The translations under genes and the position numbers were made by a program. Source: Camelus ferus (Eukaryota). Taken from it: a stretch of DNA of 64,000 bases. Positions 12,861 to 25,606 of the stretch are shown here, in pieces. The stretch lies in NCBI RefSeq assembly GCF_009834535.1, contig NC_045697.1, positions 75,208,001 to 75,272,000 of the forward strand, read 5' to 3'. The number at the start of each line of letters is the position of its first letter. Position 1 is the stretch's first letter. Under the pieces are notes generated by a model. It saw only the letters and a list, made by a program, of their open reading frames with translations. It was not told the DNA's origin and made no database searches.

Positions 12861-13162
12861 TTATTGGGTATTTAATGATATTAAGGAATTATTATTAACT
12901 CTTAAGTTTTGATAATAATATTGCAGGTATTTTTTAGTTTTTCTAAAGAAACTGAAATATTTGTAAAGGAAATAACATGATGTGCCGGATTTATTTTTAA
13001 AATACACTGCAGAAAGTGAGGATGAGTTGGGGAATGTGGATAAAGCAAGGTAAGCCATGAGTTAAAAATTGCTGAAGCTATGGAATGGGCCCAGGGGGCT
13101 TCACTCATACTATTTTCTCTAGTTTTCTGTATGTATAAAAAGTTTCCATTAAAAAAACACAA
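12861..13162 (+). mobile_element. Old L1 (L1MC/L1ME-like) 3' UTR fragment with probable TSD
   Basis: 'gggtatttaatgatattaaggaattatt...gttaaaaattgctgaagct..catactattttctctagttttctgtatgtat..ttccattaaaaaaa'. Flanks aagaattctac (12850-12860) / aagaattcctac (13163-13174). Confidence 0.75.
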
Positions 13163-13529
13163 AAGAATTCCTACAATGTAGGCAGAACTCTAAAAGTAAT
13201 CTCTAAGGAGCAGCCAACCCAAGACATAATCTGAAATCACTCGGTTCTACACACACAGCACAGGCAGCATCTGACAACATGGAATCAAAATCCTGTCCAT
13301 CCTCACCTTGGAGAAGCTGACAAGACAGCCTCTGATAAGCCTGTATCACACTGATCAGCCCTCTGACCATGTGAGTAATCTTCTGAGCTTCTATAAACTG
13401 GATTATTCACAATCTACTGCGAGGAGGTAGCCATGAGTTCACTGGATTTATAAATTAGTGCTTCAGCCTCTGGTCTTCAAATCTCTGTAGTGAAAATTAT
13501 CCTGGAGCCCACAGGAATGTCAAGCCATT

Positions 13530-13645
13530 GCTACCTATTGACTATTTACTGAAGGGTTACTAATGCAGGCATCTTAGGGCTGGTAAAGGTGCATAAGACA
13601 TGGTCAGTGCCCTCAAGAGATTCACATTATGTGGGACAGAAAAAA
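13530..13645 (-). mobile_element. L2 3' end fragment
   Basis: 'tatttactgaagggttactaatgcaggca..aagacatggtcagtgccctcaagagattcaca' matches an antisense L2 tail. Confidence 0.6.
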
Positions 13646-14202
13646 GCCATTGCTTTTGAGGGTCCCCAAAACCCAGGTGGTGGCAGTCCACATACTCTCA
13701 ACTCCTCTTTTCAGGGAGTACACAGGAACTCCATTAACTTGGGATGGGCAAACAAAGAGAAAGAGAATTGATATCAGACTGAATGAAAAGTTTCTAAATA
13801 CGTGGAGTCTCTTAACTGTTGGTTTTTTTTTTTTTTTTTTTTTGGTTTTGGAATAACTGGGGTACATGGATGACCTGGGGCTGCAGAGTTGTACCTGTTG
13901 ATACAACCACATCAGCTGCAGCTGGTGTTCCCCTCTGCCCACCCCAGATCCACTCCTTGACAGCTGCTTGAAAGGTACTATAAAGATAAAATGTTTTCTT
14001 TAGAATGCCACACTGGCAAAGCTTGCTAAATGTCTGTCTGAGTGAAGTGACAGGGGTCTCTGCTTCTCAGGAAAAATAGAAGTAGCAAAGGAAAGTTACT
14101 CTGAATAGCTTTCTCACAAGCCCTGTCTATACCGCACCTTCCGGTTGGCAAAGAGCCTTCAGGCATATTCTCCCATTCAACTGGGAAGTGAATTGGGTAG
14201 GC

Positions 14203-14388
14203 TTTTTTTTTTTTTTTTTAATTTATTGATGTGAAATTCATGTAACATAAAAGTAAACATTTTTGAAGTGTAAAATTCAGTGGCATTCAATTATTCACAA
14301 TATTATGTGAATAATTACACCACTACTTCTGTCTAGTTCTAAAATATTTCCGTCACTCCAAAATACCCCTCCTGCTGCCCCCACCCCC
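14203..14388 (-). mobile_element. Short L1MB-like 3' end insertion with poly(A) tail and TSD
   Basis: Poly-T at 14203-14219, then 'aatttattgatgtgaaattcatgtaacata..aattcagtggcatt..ttcacaat'. TSD tgggtaggc at 14194-14202 and 14389-14397. Confidence 0.85.
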
Positions 14389-14505
14389 TGGGTAGGCGTC
14401 CTTAACTTCAGCTCTGCAGATCAAGAAGCCTAATCAGCAGCTGTCGAGTGATGCACAGTTAGTAAGTCTAGTGACAGAAACAGAACCCCGTTCTCTTTAC
14501 CAGAC

Positions 14506-14682
14506 CAGTGGTTCTCAGACTTCAGCCTGCATGGGACCACCTGGAGGACACGGTAAAACACAGACTGCAGAGCTCCAGCCTCAAAGTTTCTGGTTAGGTC
14601 TGGAGTCGAGCCTGAGAGACTGCATTTCTAATAAACTCCCAATGACACTGCTGTTGCCGGTCTCACACTCTGAGAACCACTG
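14506..14682. mobile_element. MER5A (hAT-Charlie MITE)
   Basis: Perfect 12-bp TIRs cagtggttctca / tgagaaccactg; internal 'gtaggtctgg'-like and 'ctgcatttctaataaactccca' segments; about 177 bp. Confidence 0.9.
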
Positions 14683-15954
14683 TGCTATGCTGAGTTGCCT
14701 AGTCTTCTACTTTCTAATTATACATTTTGCTAATCCAACTTAGTAACATTATGTATTTAAGCATTTAAGCACAGTGAGCTTATAGAAGGTGTCTGCTTTC
14801 TCTACATCGTAGGTTTATTGTCTGGGTCAACATTAAAATGAAAACATGTAGGTGAAAGCACTATGTCGGCTTAAAATTGATCATGTAAGTTAGCATCGTG
14901 TTCTGTGCTGAAGCTAGGCCTTCTAAAGTAGCTGAGCTTATTAACTCTTCCAGCATGTCTGAGTAAACTACTAAACGGTGTACTTCCAGCATGCCAGAAC
15001 CGGAGGTATCTCCTACCGTGGGTCTGACAGTACCTGGCAAAGAGCAGTCATTAATGTTGGATGAGTTTGTTTACTTAACAGTCAAAGCTAAAAGGGCATC
15101 TTTTAGTATTACTTGAGGCACTTCTAAATATATAGCTGCAAGCAACCTAGCTGGTCGACATAATGGACAGAGCTTTACATACACAGCAATGCTTACCCAT
15201 CAGGTTTCCTGTCAGTGTCCTTGTCTATGTGCACTAAAAGGTCTTAAAAGCACTGATCAGGGCATTCACTCCTCGCCTGCATCTCTGCAGGAGTTGATGC
15301 CCGTGTTTTAGCATCACCCTCGAACCACTTTCCTTGCCCTGCCCCCATGTATGTACATGTGTATAGATGAAAACTGGTAATACAGCCAACATATATTCCA
15401 CCATCTGCCTACCAGATCTGGGCACGCTCTCCTGATCACTTTGCTCTGCGTTGGGTATGGAAGAGCATTGCTGAGGAGTAAACGGTAGAGCTGACAATGT
15501 CTTGTTTCTAAAGTGCTGGGATCCTTTAATCTTCTTTTCTCCTTTGATGTCTGAGATTTCCTTCTTGATGCAGTGACACTGGGACTAAATGAAACACCAG
15601 GAAACCATTTACCAGCAAAGGGTGTGTGTTACAAACACCTGCAGAGCCCATGGTACCAGGTGACTTGAATTACTCACACATTTCTGAGCTCTGCGCTGTG
15701 GGTGGGTGGCTATTTGGACTCTTTTTTACTTTGGGTGAAAAGATGACAGCTCTGGTCACATTTTTATGACTTCTACTTATTTTCTGTCCATACACCCAAC
15801 AGAGGCACAAGCAATGGTGGCGGGGGGGTGAGGAATGCTTTTCGGCTCTGATGACTATAAAAGCGGTTACTTTAAAACACTTAGAACCTTTGTACCAATG
15901 GTTTTTGGATTCAAACAAAAGAGATACAAAAGGGATAATATTCTTGTGGTCCCA

Positions 15955-16085
15955 GTAGCTGAGAACCAGGAGAGGAAATTCTGGGTTCAGCTCCTGACTC
16001 TGCTGTATCAGTTTGTAAACTTTGCCCATATCACTTACCATCTATGGGCTTCTGGTTCTTTCTCTGCAGAATGAGGGAAATCACC
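15955..16085 (+). mobile_element. MIR SINE
   Basis: 'ctgggttcagctcctgactctgc..tcacttaccatctatgggc..tctctgcagaatgaggg'. Confidence 0.65.
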
Positions 16086-16639
16086 TTTAAAAAGATTTGT
16101 TTTGGTTTTTAAGAAGCTATCTGTTGCAACCAATTTTTACAAATTTGCCTGTTTCCTAGGGGCTGTCATTAACTTGCTTTTCTTCAGCATTACAGAAATA
16201 ATATGATAGTACCTCCTTTTATTGTTTGTTTCCATCTCGTAGAACAAACTAGAGATCTGGACAGAACATTTGATAAATAGGAAGTAGCAGCAGCACTGTT
16301 AACACAGCCTGGCCCAACAAAAAATTCTAATAATAGAGTATTAATTGAGTGTTTACTATGGACCATGCTCTGTGCTCCACGCTTTACAAGAACTGTGTGT
16401 GAGGCTCCCACACAGTGTAAAACATGTCTTGAATTGCAAAGCTTCAATTCCAAATTAGGATGTCAAAAAGGCCCCTGTAGATAATATGCTTTGTGAAAAT
16501 CCATATAGGTAGGGACGATCCTTTGGAGATCTCGGGAAAAAAAAAAATCACAAATGCTATTCTGTTTCTTTTTCACAGCCGTCTCCCGCGTCTCAGGACA
16601 TGGCAAGTCTATAACGGCAGCTGCATTCCTCTCTTTCAC

Positions 16640-17330
16640 TCCATTCAGCTCTATCCTTAAAGTGTTTTTGGAATCCAACCTCATCTCATCATCTGCACTG
16701 CTCCTCTCCGCTCCTCCATCCTGGAACTCCCCTGCGCCATTTCATTCTCAACCCGGGCGGCCCTCGAGGGCCTGGGGAAATGCGAAGCCCAAGCCGATCC
16801 TGTCAGTTACTTGCTGAAAACTTTCCACTGGCTTTGCATCTCACTCAGCACAAAATCCTGAGCCCCTTCTGTTTGATGGGAGCAGCCGCCGTGCTTCTTT
16901 CTCACCGCTTGGCTCACCTGCCCCGGCAGCGCTGCTCTCTGGCTATGATCCCTGCACGCCGCCGCGCATCTTCAGGCTCGGCCCCCACCAGCCCTTCTCG
17001 CTGCCTGGAAGGTTCGTCCCCAGAGAGCCACGTGGCCTACTCTCTCCTCTCCTTCCAGTCTCTGCTCAGATGTCACTTTCTTATTGAGGACTTCCTGACA
17101 CCCCACTCTCAGCTCCCTTGCCTCCCTTACCGCTTTATTTTTCTCTATTTCTAGCATTTCTCACCACCCGATGTGTTGTATATTTTAATCGTTTACTTGC
17201 TTATTGTTTCCCCTCACTTAAGTATAAGCACCTCTGAGGGCAGGGATTTTTTAAATTTGCTTTGTTTATAACTATCTCCAACATCTAGAACTGTGCCTGA
17301 CATAAAATAGATGCTTTAAAATGAGTAGAT
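16640..17330 (+). mobile_element. L2 (L2a-like) 3' region
   Basis: 'tgctgaaaactttccactggct','ctcagatgtcactttctt','tataagcacctctgagggcaggga','tctagaactgtgcctgacata..agatgct' in the order of the L2a 3' end. Confidence 0.85.
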
Positions 17331-17519
17331 ATATTTCATAAACATCTAGAATTTTTTGCACATCTAGCATTAATGAGGTCACTTTCCTCTCTACCTCTCT
17401 TTTAGGCTCCACAGATTCTACCAGCATATTTTCGTTCCCTTCCAAAATTCTCCTATTAAAAACAAAATCTCTAGGCTTATTCTGTCTTTCGTGGGTAAAT
17501 TTCTTGAAAGAGTTAGGTT

Positions 17520-18090
17520 ACACATGTAGTCTCCTCTTTGTGGCTGCTAACCTATTCCTTAATTCACCATTTAACCTGAGCTCTGGTGCTACCAATGTGC
17601 CGAACAAAACTCATCACTCACTCCTGGTCATACTTCATCTTCTAAGAACTCCAGTCAAAGGGTTCTTCTTGCCCATGTTTCTTACTCCTTCTAAGGAAAT
17701 AAGTGTCCTTTATGGACAATGCTTTTCTCCTTAGCTTCCAGCACTCATCATTCCTGGTTCTTTCCCGTATCCTAAACGGGTCCTCATCATTCTTTCAGCT
17801 TTCTAACATCATAATTCTGAACAAAGCTCTGGCCTCAGATTTTTAAACTTTTTGTAGAATCTTTCAGTCCAGAATTCTATATACTTCTCTGGCTTTGTCT
17901 AGCACGGATGGCATTTGAAACAATAATAACTAACACTGGCCCTTGCCGCTCTAGACATTTCCCATTCACTGCCTAACACCTTCTGGGTCTCTTCTGGCAT
18001 CCTGAACGTTGCATATTTACATCTGCACTAAGATTCAATCAAAAGCATCTCTTCCTCATGATTTCCCTATTCCTCTTTAAATGTCCTCTA
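17520..18090 (+). mobile_element. Highly diverged internal L2 fragment
   Basis: 'cttttctccttagcttccagcactcatcattcctggttctttccc' resembles the pyrimidine-rich L2 ORF2 region. Confidence 0.5.
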
Positions 18091-18569
18091 AAACGTGAAA
18101 ATTTGGAATGGTTCAAAAGATTTAAAGGGAGACCAAAAAAACCTTGTGTCTAAGGAGGTAGGGGATGTGATTGTAGAGGGAGGGAAGGGAGGCAGTGTTC
18201 AGGGCATCCTTGACGATAAAGTTAAATCTGTTGAACTCTAACATTTTAGTTTTTAATCAAATATGGAAAAATATCAGAAGCTCTTAATTCTGGGTGGTGG
18301 CAGTCCAGGGACTTAATTCTTCTTTTAAATTATTAGTGTTTTAAAATTTTCTCCAAAAATATGGCTCTTAAGAAAAACAATTGATATGTCTATACCCTTT
18401 GGAAAAACACTGCATTGAATGGAAAACAGTAAGTCAATTATTTGCTTATCTTTTCTAAATGACATTAAACAAAAATGCATGTTTGGGAATAACTACATGT
18501 TTGGTGTGGCATTGACTAAACAACAAGAAAACTAAATCTTAGGTTTGGATGTGAGCATAGCAGTCGTTT

Positions 18570-18745
18570 AACTCTACATGAATCTTCTATTCAGGATCTT
18601 TGACAAGTGGCCATCCAGCCTTGGCTCCAGTGAGGACATTATGACCTCGAGGGGCTGTCTGTTCTATTTTGGAAAAATTCCTAAACTCTTCTTCTCTATA
18701 TCAAGTAAAAGTCTAATTCCTATCCAGTTTTTCTGGCTCTGCCTA
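18570..18745 (-). mobile_element. CR1/L3 LINE fragment
   Basis: 'tggccatccagccttggctccagtga..acctc..ggctgtctgttctattttgga..ttcttctctatatcaag' matches the antisense L3 3' region. Confidence 0.65.
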
Positions 18746-20539
18746 TTTTAAATCTACTCAGAAAAAGTTTTACACTCTTATTAGTCCAATAAGTCCAAGT
18801 TTAACTTTCTATGATTGTATTTTAAAGTACAAGCAAACCTCTGCTTAGCTTTGGTCAGTTTCCTTATAGGAAAGGACCTATTTCTATTTCAAATTCTGAT
18901 TATCACCTAGTATGAGAGTATGTCTAGCAGGAATTTTTTTTAACTGTATGAATTGGGAATTTAGTGAACTTTCCAACTTCAGAGATGAAGGAGAAGAACT
19001 ATCACTGTAACTCTCTGTTAACAACTTTTTTATGTAAATAATCAGATCCTGTGCCCTTCAAAATGAAGACTAATATCGATGCCAAAGTTCTTCATCTTGG
19101 TTAAAATTTAAAATGAGTACTACAATGTCAATATGTATTCAGTGAGTCCATAAGGTAAAAACAATCTCCTTAAAAATAAAAATAGCCCCCAATTTTTCAA
19201 ATATAATAATAATAATATGTGTAATTCCATGAATAAAAATGAGAAAGTAAAAGCTACTGATCAATCACTTTGGGGCAAAGTCCAGAGTATTTTCTAATTT
19301 CAAACACTTTGCTATGTCAACCATTCTCCAGAGGTTTAACTACACATATAATCATGGTTGCCACTTCTGTTAGGATTTGTAGAGACTCCAAAAACTAGTC
19401 TGTTAGTCCAAATTCTTCAAAATTTAACCTCAATCTTTCATCTTCCCAACACGTTGGTCAATTTGCTTATAAAACTAATGCAAACCTTAAAACCCACAAT
19501 CTTCATCTTATTTTATTTTTTTCAGGACATCATGATCTTTTATCCATTTTTTAATCCCTGATATATTTCTCTCTGCCTTTTGCAAGTTGCATCTAATTTC
19601 CTGCTTCAGCTTAGTTATTTCTTGGTATTCCTCCTAGGTAACCACTTTTATTTTATGGTATTCCCATTTGTGTTTCAACTCCTTGTTCAAATTTTTCTGT
19701 AGACAACCAGCTGTTAAGCTTAAGAACACCAGATGTTAGTGTAAGATTTGAGATGCTGTTACCAGGACAACCAGCACTGAGTGCCGGCCATCCCATCACT
19801 GTGTTCACTGCTCCAAAGGGGGGATTGAGCTGCACCTTTCTCTATGGAAATAAAACAGACAGAAACACATTTGTAACACTAATTTAAAGAGGTGTCTAGA
19901 ACACCCTTCTGCTGTAAATTCTGTTCATACCTTCCCAGTGGTTTTTCTCCATTTAAAGAAACAAAGTAACAAGTGTTTAATAAAGAAAAATGTGAGACAA
20001 AGACGGCTTTAACCAATACCACTTGGAGGATAAATTACATTTTGATGATTTTCAAGGTTATAGATGAGTTGCCTCATTCAGTAGATAAAAGAGAAAGCTT
20101 TGAGTTTTCCATCCTTCCTTCCCTTCCCTCAGAAGCTCAGCGGTTACTAAGATTTTTTTTTCCTGTGTTCATATGAGACAGTCCCTCACATAAAAAGGGA
20201 AATCCTACATTTAAGTCATGACATGGCCCAGTGAAGAGTTGAGTGAGAGACTTGAGTGTTCCCTGCAGAAAGGGGAAGACTGTAGCCTCCTTCTAACATT
20301 CCAGAATCAGAGAATCATGAGACATGGAACTTACGATAATGCAGCACAATCCTATCACTTACAGGTAAAGAAATAAAATGTTTTAAACATCAAACCTGTA
20401 CTCATTCACTTTACATTTCTTGTCAATTTATCTTAAGCACTTGACGTCTAGTTTTCCTAGGGTGTCAAAGTCCTGCTGTGCAGTTTGGTGAGGCAAATCC
20501 AAGTTATGGGCAGAGTGTGAGTACTGTCTCTTGCAGATT

Positions 20540-20682
20540 AACAGCCAAGCCTCAGTTTCCACAAATACACAATAAGTATAATAACAACTGCTATTCTACC
20601 TACTACACCATTGAGTGGTCAAATGAGATAACATGTTATACTTAAAAGTACACTGTAAATATTATAAAAGTGTTATTATTCT
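20540..20682 (+). mobile_element. MIR SINE
   Basis: 'aagcctcagtttcc..ataataa..tcaaatgagataacatgt..ttattatt'. Confidence 0.7.
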
Positions 20683-22049
20683 CACTGAGTTACATAAAAT
20701 CTCTAAAAAAGATTCATCAACCTGCATGATGAAAAGTTGTCTCCTCTCCAATTAGCCAAGGTCACCACTGTGCCAGCAAAAATTTCAGACACAAGACTTA
20801 GACGTAAGCTGTTACCTAAAAGTCCTAGGACTACGCATATGAATTTTGAAGTTTCAGGTTGTTTTGTTTGTTGCTTCATTTTGTCTGACCTAAGAGTAGT
20901 AGCATCATTTTCTTGTATTTTCTATCTGGATTACCTAAAAGTGTATTTTTAGCACAGGGAAGTAAGGGAGGAGAAGGGATGACTGCTGTAACTACATTTT
21001 AATCAAGGCAAGATACATTCTTTAATATGCCACTCCATTATTTTAAATGACAGCCTAAATCAGATTTGAGAAATGCTTATTTTTATGTGACCGAAAAAAG
21101 TAGGTCTTTGGAGGTTTATGGTATAGAGAAGCCACCATCAGTGTTAGACAGCCATGTCTTTAGAGACTGGAATGGAAACACTTCTGGACAATGTGGAAAG
21201 ATTTCCCCATTTTGGAATATGACCCCATAAGTTCTTAATTTATAATACTGCTTTGTTTCCATTGGAGAACATTGGGAAATTGCACAGTGAGGCAACTTTA
21301 CTTCCAATGGAGCTTCTTAGTGAAAATATTTTTATTCATAAATCAAATACTAATGAACAAGAGACAGTGTGCTAGATTTTGATGTTAATTATCTCTTAAA
21401 ATAACAACTTACTGGAAATGTAATGGATTTTATTTTCTCTTTTAATGTTATACTCCCTCAAACTGAAGGCTGAGTGGCTTTTTTTTGGTCCTCTTTCTTA
21501 CCCATATTTCCTACCCATTTTTCTTAAGTCAGAGACATCAGGTTTCTCTATAACTGAAACTCTTTGAAAGCCAATGTAAGGTGAACACATTTCTAAAATA
21601 GACTCATTGCTGGCTCCTACTTACTCTACCAGAGCATGACATCTGGGGAGGTTTTGTAGGACTGGCAAAGGAACCACCACACCAGTGTCTATGAGATAAC
21701 TGTTTTCCCTCCAGTGGAATCACACCCAGTAGGTGTCAACACACAGCCCATGAATTCACCACCACTCATCTTTTCACTCCTAACAGTACAACAGAAGAAG
21801 CAAATTGTTACTTTTTTCCTATAAAGCTCAACAAATAGTTGACATACCATGGAAAACTTTGGTGGGATTGCATCTAAACCTAGATATGCCAAATGGTTTT
21901 ATTTACCATACTCAGAAATACAAAGAAAGCAAATGAAAAACACTGCTTGGTAGTAAGCTGCTATTAACTACTGAATATTGATAAAAAGAGAAATCCTACA
22001 TTAAGTTGCAACATAGCCTAGTGAACAGGTTTAGCTGATTATTATCCCT

Positions 22050-22280
22050 CTGGGGGAGCCCTCTCCATGCCCTCCTCTTGCACTCCAACCCCAGAAACAG
22101 AACTCCCACCCCGGCTCCCAGTAACACTCATTTCCCTCTATTGCAGCGTTTATTACACTCTACTATGGTTATTTAGAAGTTTCCCTTAGAGCAGGAACGG
22201 TGTTTAGCTCATCCCTCTGTTCGAGTTCACAACACAGTGTCTGGTACATAGAAGAGGGTCAATGAATAATTATTGAACAC
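22050..22280 (+). mobile_element. L2 3' end fragment
   Basis: 'cttagagcaggaac..cacagtgtctggtacatagaagagggtcaatgaataattattgaa'. Confidence 0.7.
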
Positions 22281-25200
22281 AGGAATTCCAACTCCAGAGA
22301 TAATTTAATCTAGTGAGTAAGAATGTAGTCTAGTTTTGTTAAGATGATAATTTACTAGCATTTTAAAAAAGAACAAGAATGTGTCACAAAATTTAGCTGA
22401 CCACTTCTACTGAAGTAAAAGAACTGAGGATTCGGAACTGTCTGCCTTGCAAAACTTTGTTTGCAATTTCTATGACCCAGGATAGAAATGACTGATGAAA
22501 TGATAATGTATATTTAAAAGATACATTAGAGATATAAGTTATATATAGATTATATTACAGGGTCCTTGGAATGGACTGTTTCACTTTTATCTTTGTTGAG
22601 AGCTTTTCTTAACAAAATACTCATTATTCCCAGGCTCCAGTATGAATACTAATCACAATCCTTTTAAAAGGATCAATCAAAAATAGATACAAACCTGAGA
22701 TCTATGAGAATATGCCTGGATTACACACTACTTAAACTTTACAAGATTTGCACCTGTAGTCAAGTAACAAGGGAGATATTGTTACTCTTAATCTCCCATT
22801 TATGTTATACCTCCCCCAAACCACACATATAAACTGAGAAAAAAAAAGTTCTACTGTACTGAATGCATGGTAGGCATTGTGAATGAAGTCTAAATTCATG
22901 GATGCATGCCTAGCATCATTTTTAAAGGATGTAGTTGGGCAAAACTTTAAGCAAAGAAGGCAAAAATTATGCACTTGAACACAGCTGCTTCTAATTTATA
23001 GTATCCAGTTCAACCAATTACCCTCCTGCCTAATAGACTCGATTTTCCCCATGTTCACCCCATCCCTTAAGTAAGACAAAATGAACCAGAGAGGTTATTA
23101 TTAAAAATTTAAGAGATTAAAAAAAATGACATCAAATCCAAACATGTGCTTACATTTCTTTTCTTTATAGTTAATCATATCAAGCAGACAATATTTTGGA
23201 AAGCCAAAAAATATGCCCAATTACTCCATCTGACTTTCTAAAATCACAAAATGTCTAAAAAAAGATTTTATTTGCCTGTGTGGAAAAATATTCCAAATAT
23301 ATAAAAGGATTTTCCCAGTGGATAGAAGTTGTCCACACCACAAAAATTCACTATATTAAGTTGCTTTTTATGAGCACCGGATTGCCTCCCAAAAGCTTAT
23401 ATTCTTGACTGAGCTCACTGTTCTTTCTTAGGGAGTCTAGAAAATTGGTCTTCCATACCATTAAGCGATAGTCGGCTTATAGTGCTCAACAGTACTCAAT
23501 GCAAAGAAACTACCCCTTTCCCTTTTGTGTAAATATCTTCAGTTATTTGAAAAGTCTACTTGATTCTTTATGCCTATTTTTCCAAAACTTTCTTAAGAGG
23601 ATACAAAGATTAAGTGAGACCTAGACCCACAATTTGTAAAGTTCCCATAAGTAACTTCATTCTGAACAGAATGGTCAGAATGTAATGGGAATTTCAGAAA
23701 AACTTTTAAAATATGGAATATGTTTAATAAGGAATAACACAAAATATGAGCAAATTCATAACAATAATAGTCTGTAAAAGTGAAGACTATTGAAAAGGTT
23801 ACTGTTGGCAGAAGCTCACTCCTCTTTCACTCACTCATTCATTTAACAGATATTCTTGCCCTTTGTGAAACCAATTTGCCCTTCCTACCAGAGTGTATAG
23901 ATACTCAATTAAGCTCATAAACAATGAAGCTCAATTTTTAAAATATGACTTCTCAGTTTGCCCCAGATGTCATCGATTTATTAAACAATTTGTTCCCTGT
24001 CATAAAAACTGAACTGAGGGGGTGAAAACTTAGACAAAAAAGATAAAACTAATTATGCATAGGAAGAAGAACTTGCATGTCTAGAGATTCACTGTAAATT
24101 CATAGACAGTGATTTATGTCTTAATAAATGGTCAACTAGCCTTAAGACACCACTCGAAGTGTCAGGATGTTTCATATTAGCATTCATATTGTTATAAAAT
24201 ATGCAAACTTTTCTTCACATTAGTTATAAATTATAATTAGAAAAATACATATAACTAATTAAATTCTCTTTTTCTATTGAGTCTTAATAGTAATGTTTAA
24301 TTAAACTATAAAGGAACAATGAAGTGGACAGGTTTATATTTTTCCTATTTTCTTCTGTCCTATTGGTTTGTTAATTCTATTGTCATACGCTTGCTCCACC
24401 TGAGGAAAACGGCTTAATAATACACTCGTTGATATTTATTATTCATTGTAAGTATGCATATTTGGGGGATCCAAGCATCTGATTTTTCCCTTTTATCAAA
24501 TTTTTCTCTTTTGCCAAGGTAATATGTGAAGAGGTTAATTCCATTTAAATAATTCATCTATTTGTTAGAAGCTTACTATTTTGATAAAGGAGGAGGTTTG
24601 TATTAATATTAAATACTAAGTTTGTCTTGATACTGTGAATCCTCATGCCATCTTACCTCCTCTTTCTCTGGAAAATCAAGAGTTGGCTAAATTTCTGTGT
24701 GTTCTAAAAATAGTAATCCTAACTTCATTAAATCTTACAGAAAAAAGTGTTTTGACCCTTTTGGAAAGTTGGTACATGCTGTGGGTTGCCTCTTTTGCAA
24801 AATTTTAGAGTTGAAAAATACTTCATGTTTAGTTATAGTAGCCATTATTTTAACAGCATCTTAATTTTCCTAAATTTTTAATCTTATTAAAACTTCTAAG
24901 ACCTTGACATTTTCACAACAAAGCAGTTCTAGAATTCCAGCAGAGCCAAACAAGCATACAATAGTAAATTTTAAAATGTTTTAACCTTTTAAAGAAATTT
25001 CAGACTCAACTTTTGCAACCACCAACAGCTTGTACTTAAAAAAAAATCTGGTAATAGTTAACAGTCACAGACTTTCTTTGTAAGCGTGAGTTTTCTCTTT
25101 CTTGTGCTTCTGACATTAACAATTTAGCTTCAACAATTTATAAATTAGATAGACAATAATATACTCCTTATGAAAATGTATGGAAATTTAAAATATTTCA

Positions 25201-25309
25201 TGCCTTTTCCTACTGAAAAAAAAAAAAGAAGTCTCACATAATCCTGCCCTTCCAAATTTACCACAAAACTCAAGTCAAATACAAAGAAACCAGCTGTTGT
25301 TACATAGAA

Positions 25310-25512
25310 CAATAGTTAAAAGACCATGATGGACTTGGCTCCATCCCTTGTAAAACTGTGTGCCTTGAGACAAGTTACTTCACCTCTCTGTGCATCTGTA
25401 AAATCTTACCTCATGGAGTTTTTCTAAGAATGAGGTGACGAGTCATATTTAAAGCATGTAGAACAATGTCTGACTTAATAATTGCTGTATTTAGCTACTG
25501 CTGTTATTATTC
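25310..25512 (+). mobile_element. MIR SINE
   Basis: 'ctgtgtgccttgagacaagttacttcacctctctgtgc..tacctcat..aaagcatgtagaacaatgtctgac'. Confidence 0.8.
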
Positions 25513-25606
25513 TTGTCATCAGGACAAAGCTTGAGAAATTAAATCCATAGATAATCTCTAAGTCTCAGTTAGACAAACCATCTTTTTTTCTCTTTTCTCA
25601 TCAAAC

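Noticed and set aside
13672..13688. CTCF-like site ccaggtggtggcagt
   Set aside because: Two mismatches in the core; not supportable without a matrix score or ChIP data.
15678..15783. Minus-strand exon candidate (KISRSHKNVTRAV...)
   Set aside because: Donor is good (GTGAGT) but the acceptor lacks a pyrimidine tract, and joining it to the 11684 candidate creates an immediate TAA.
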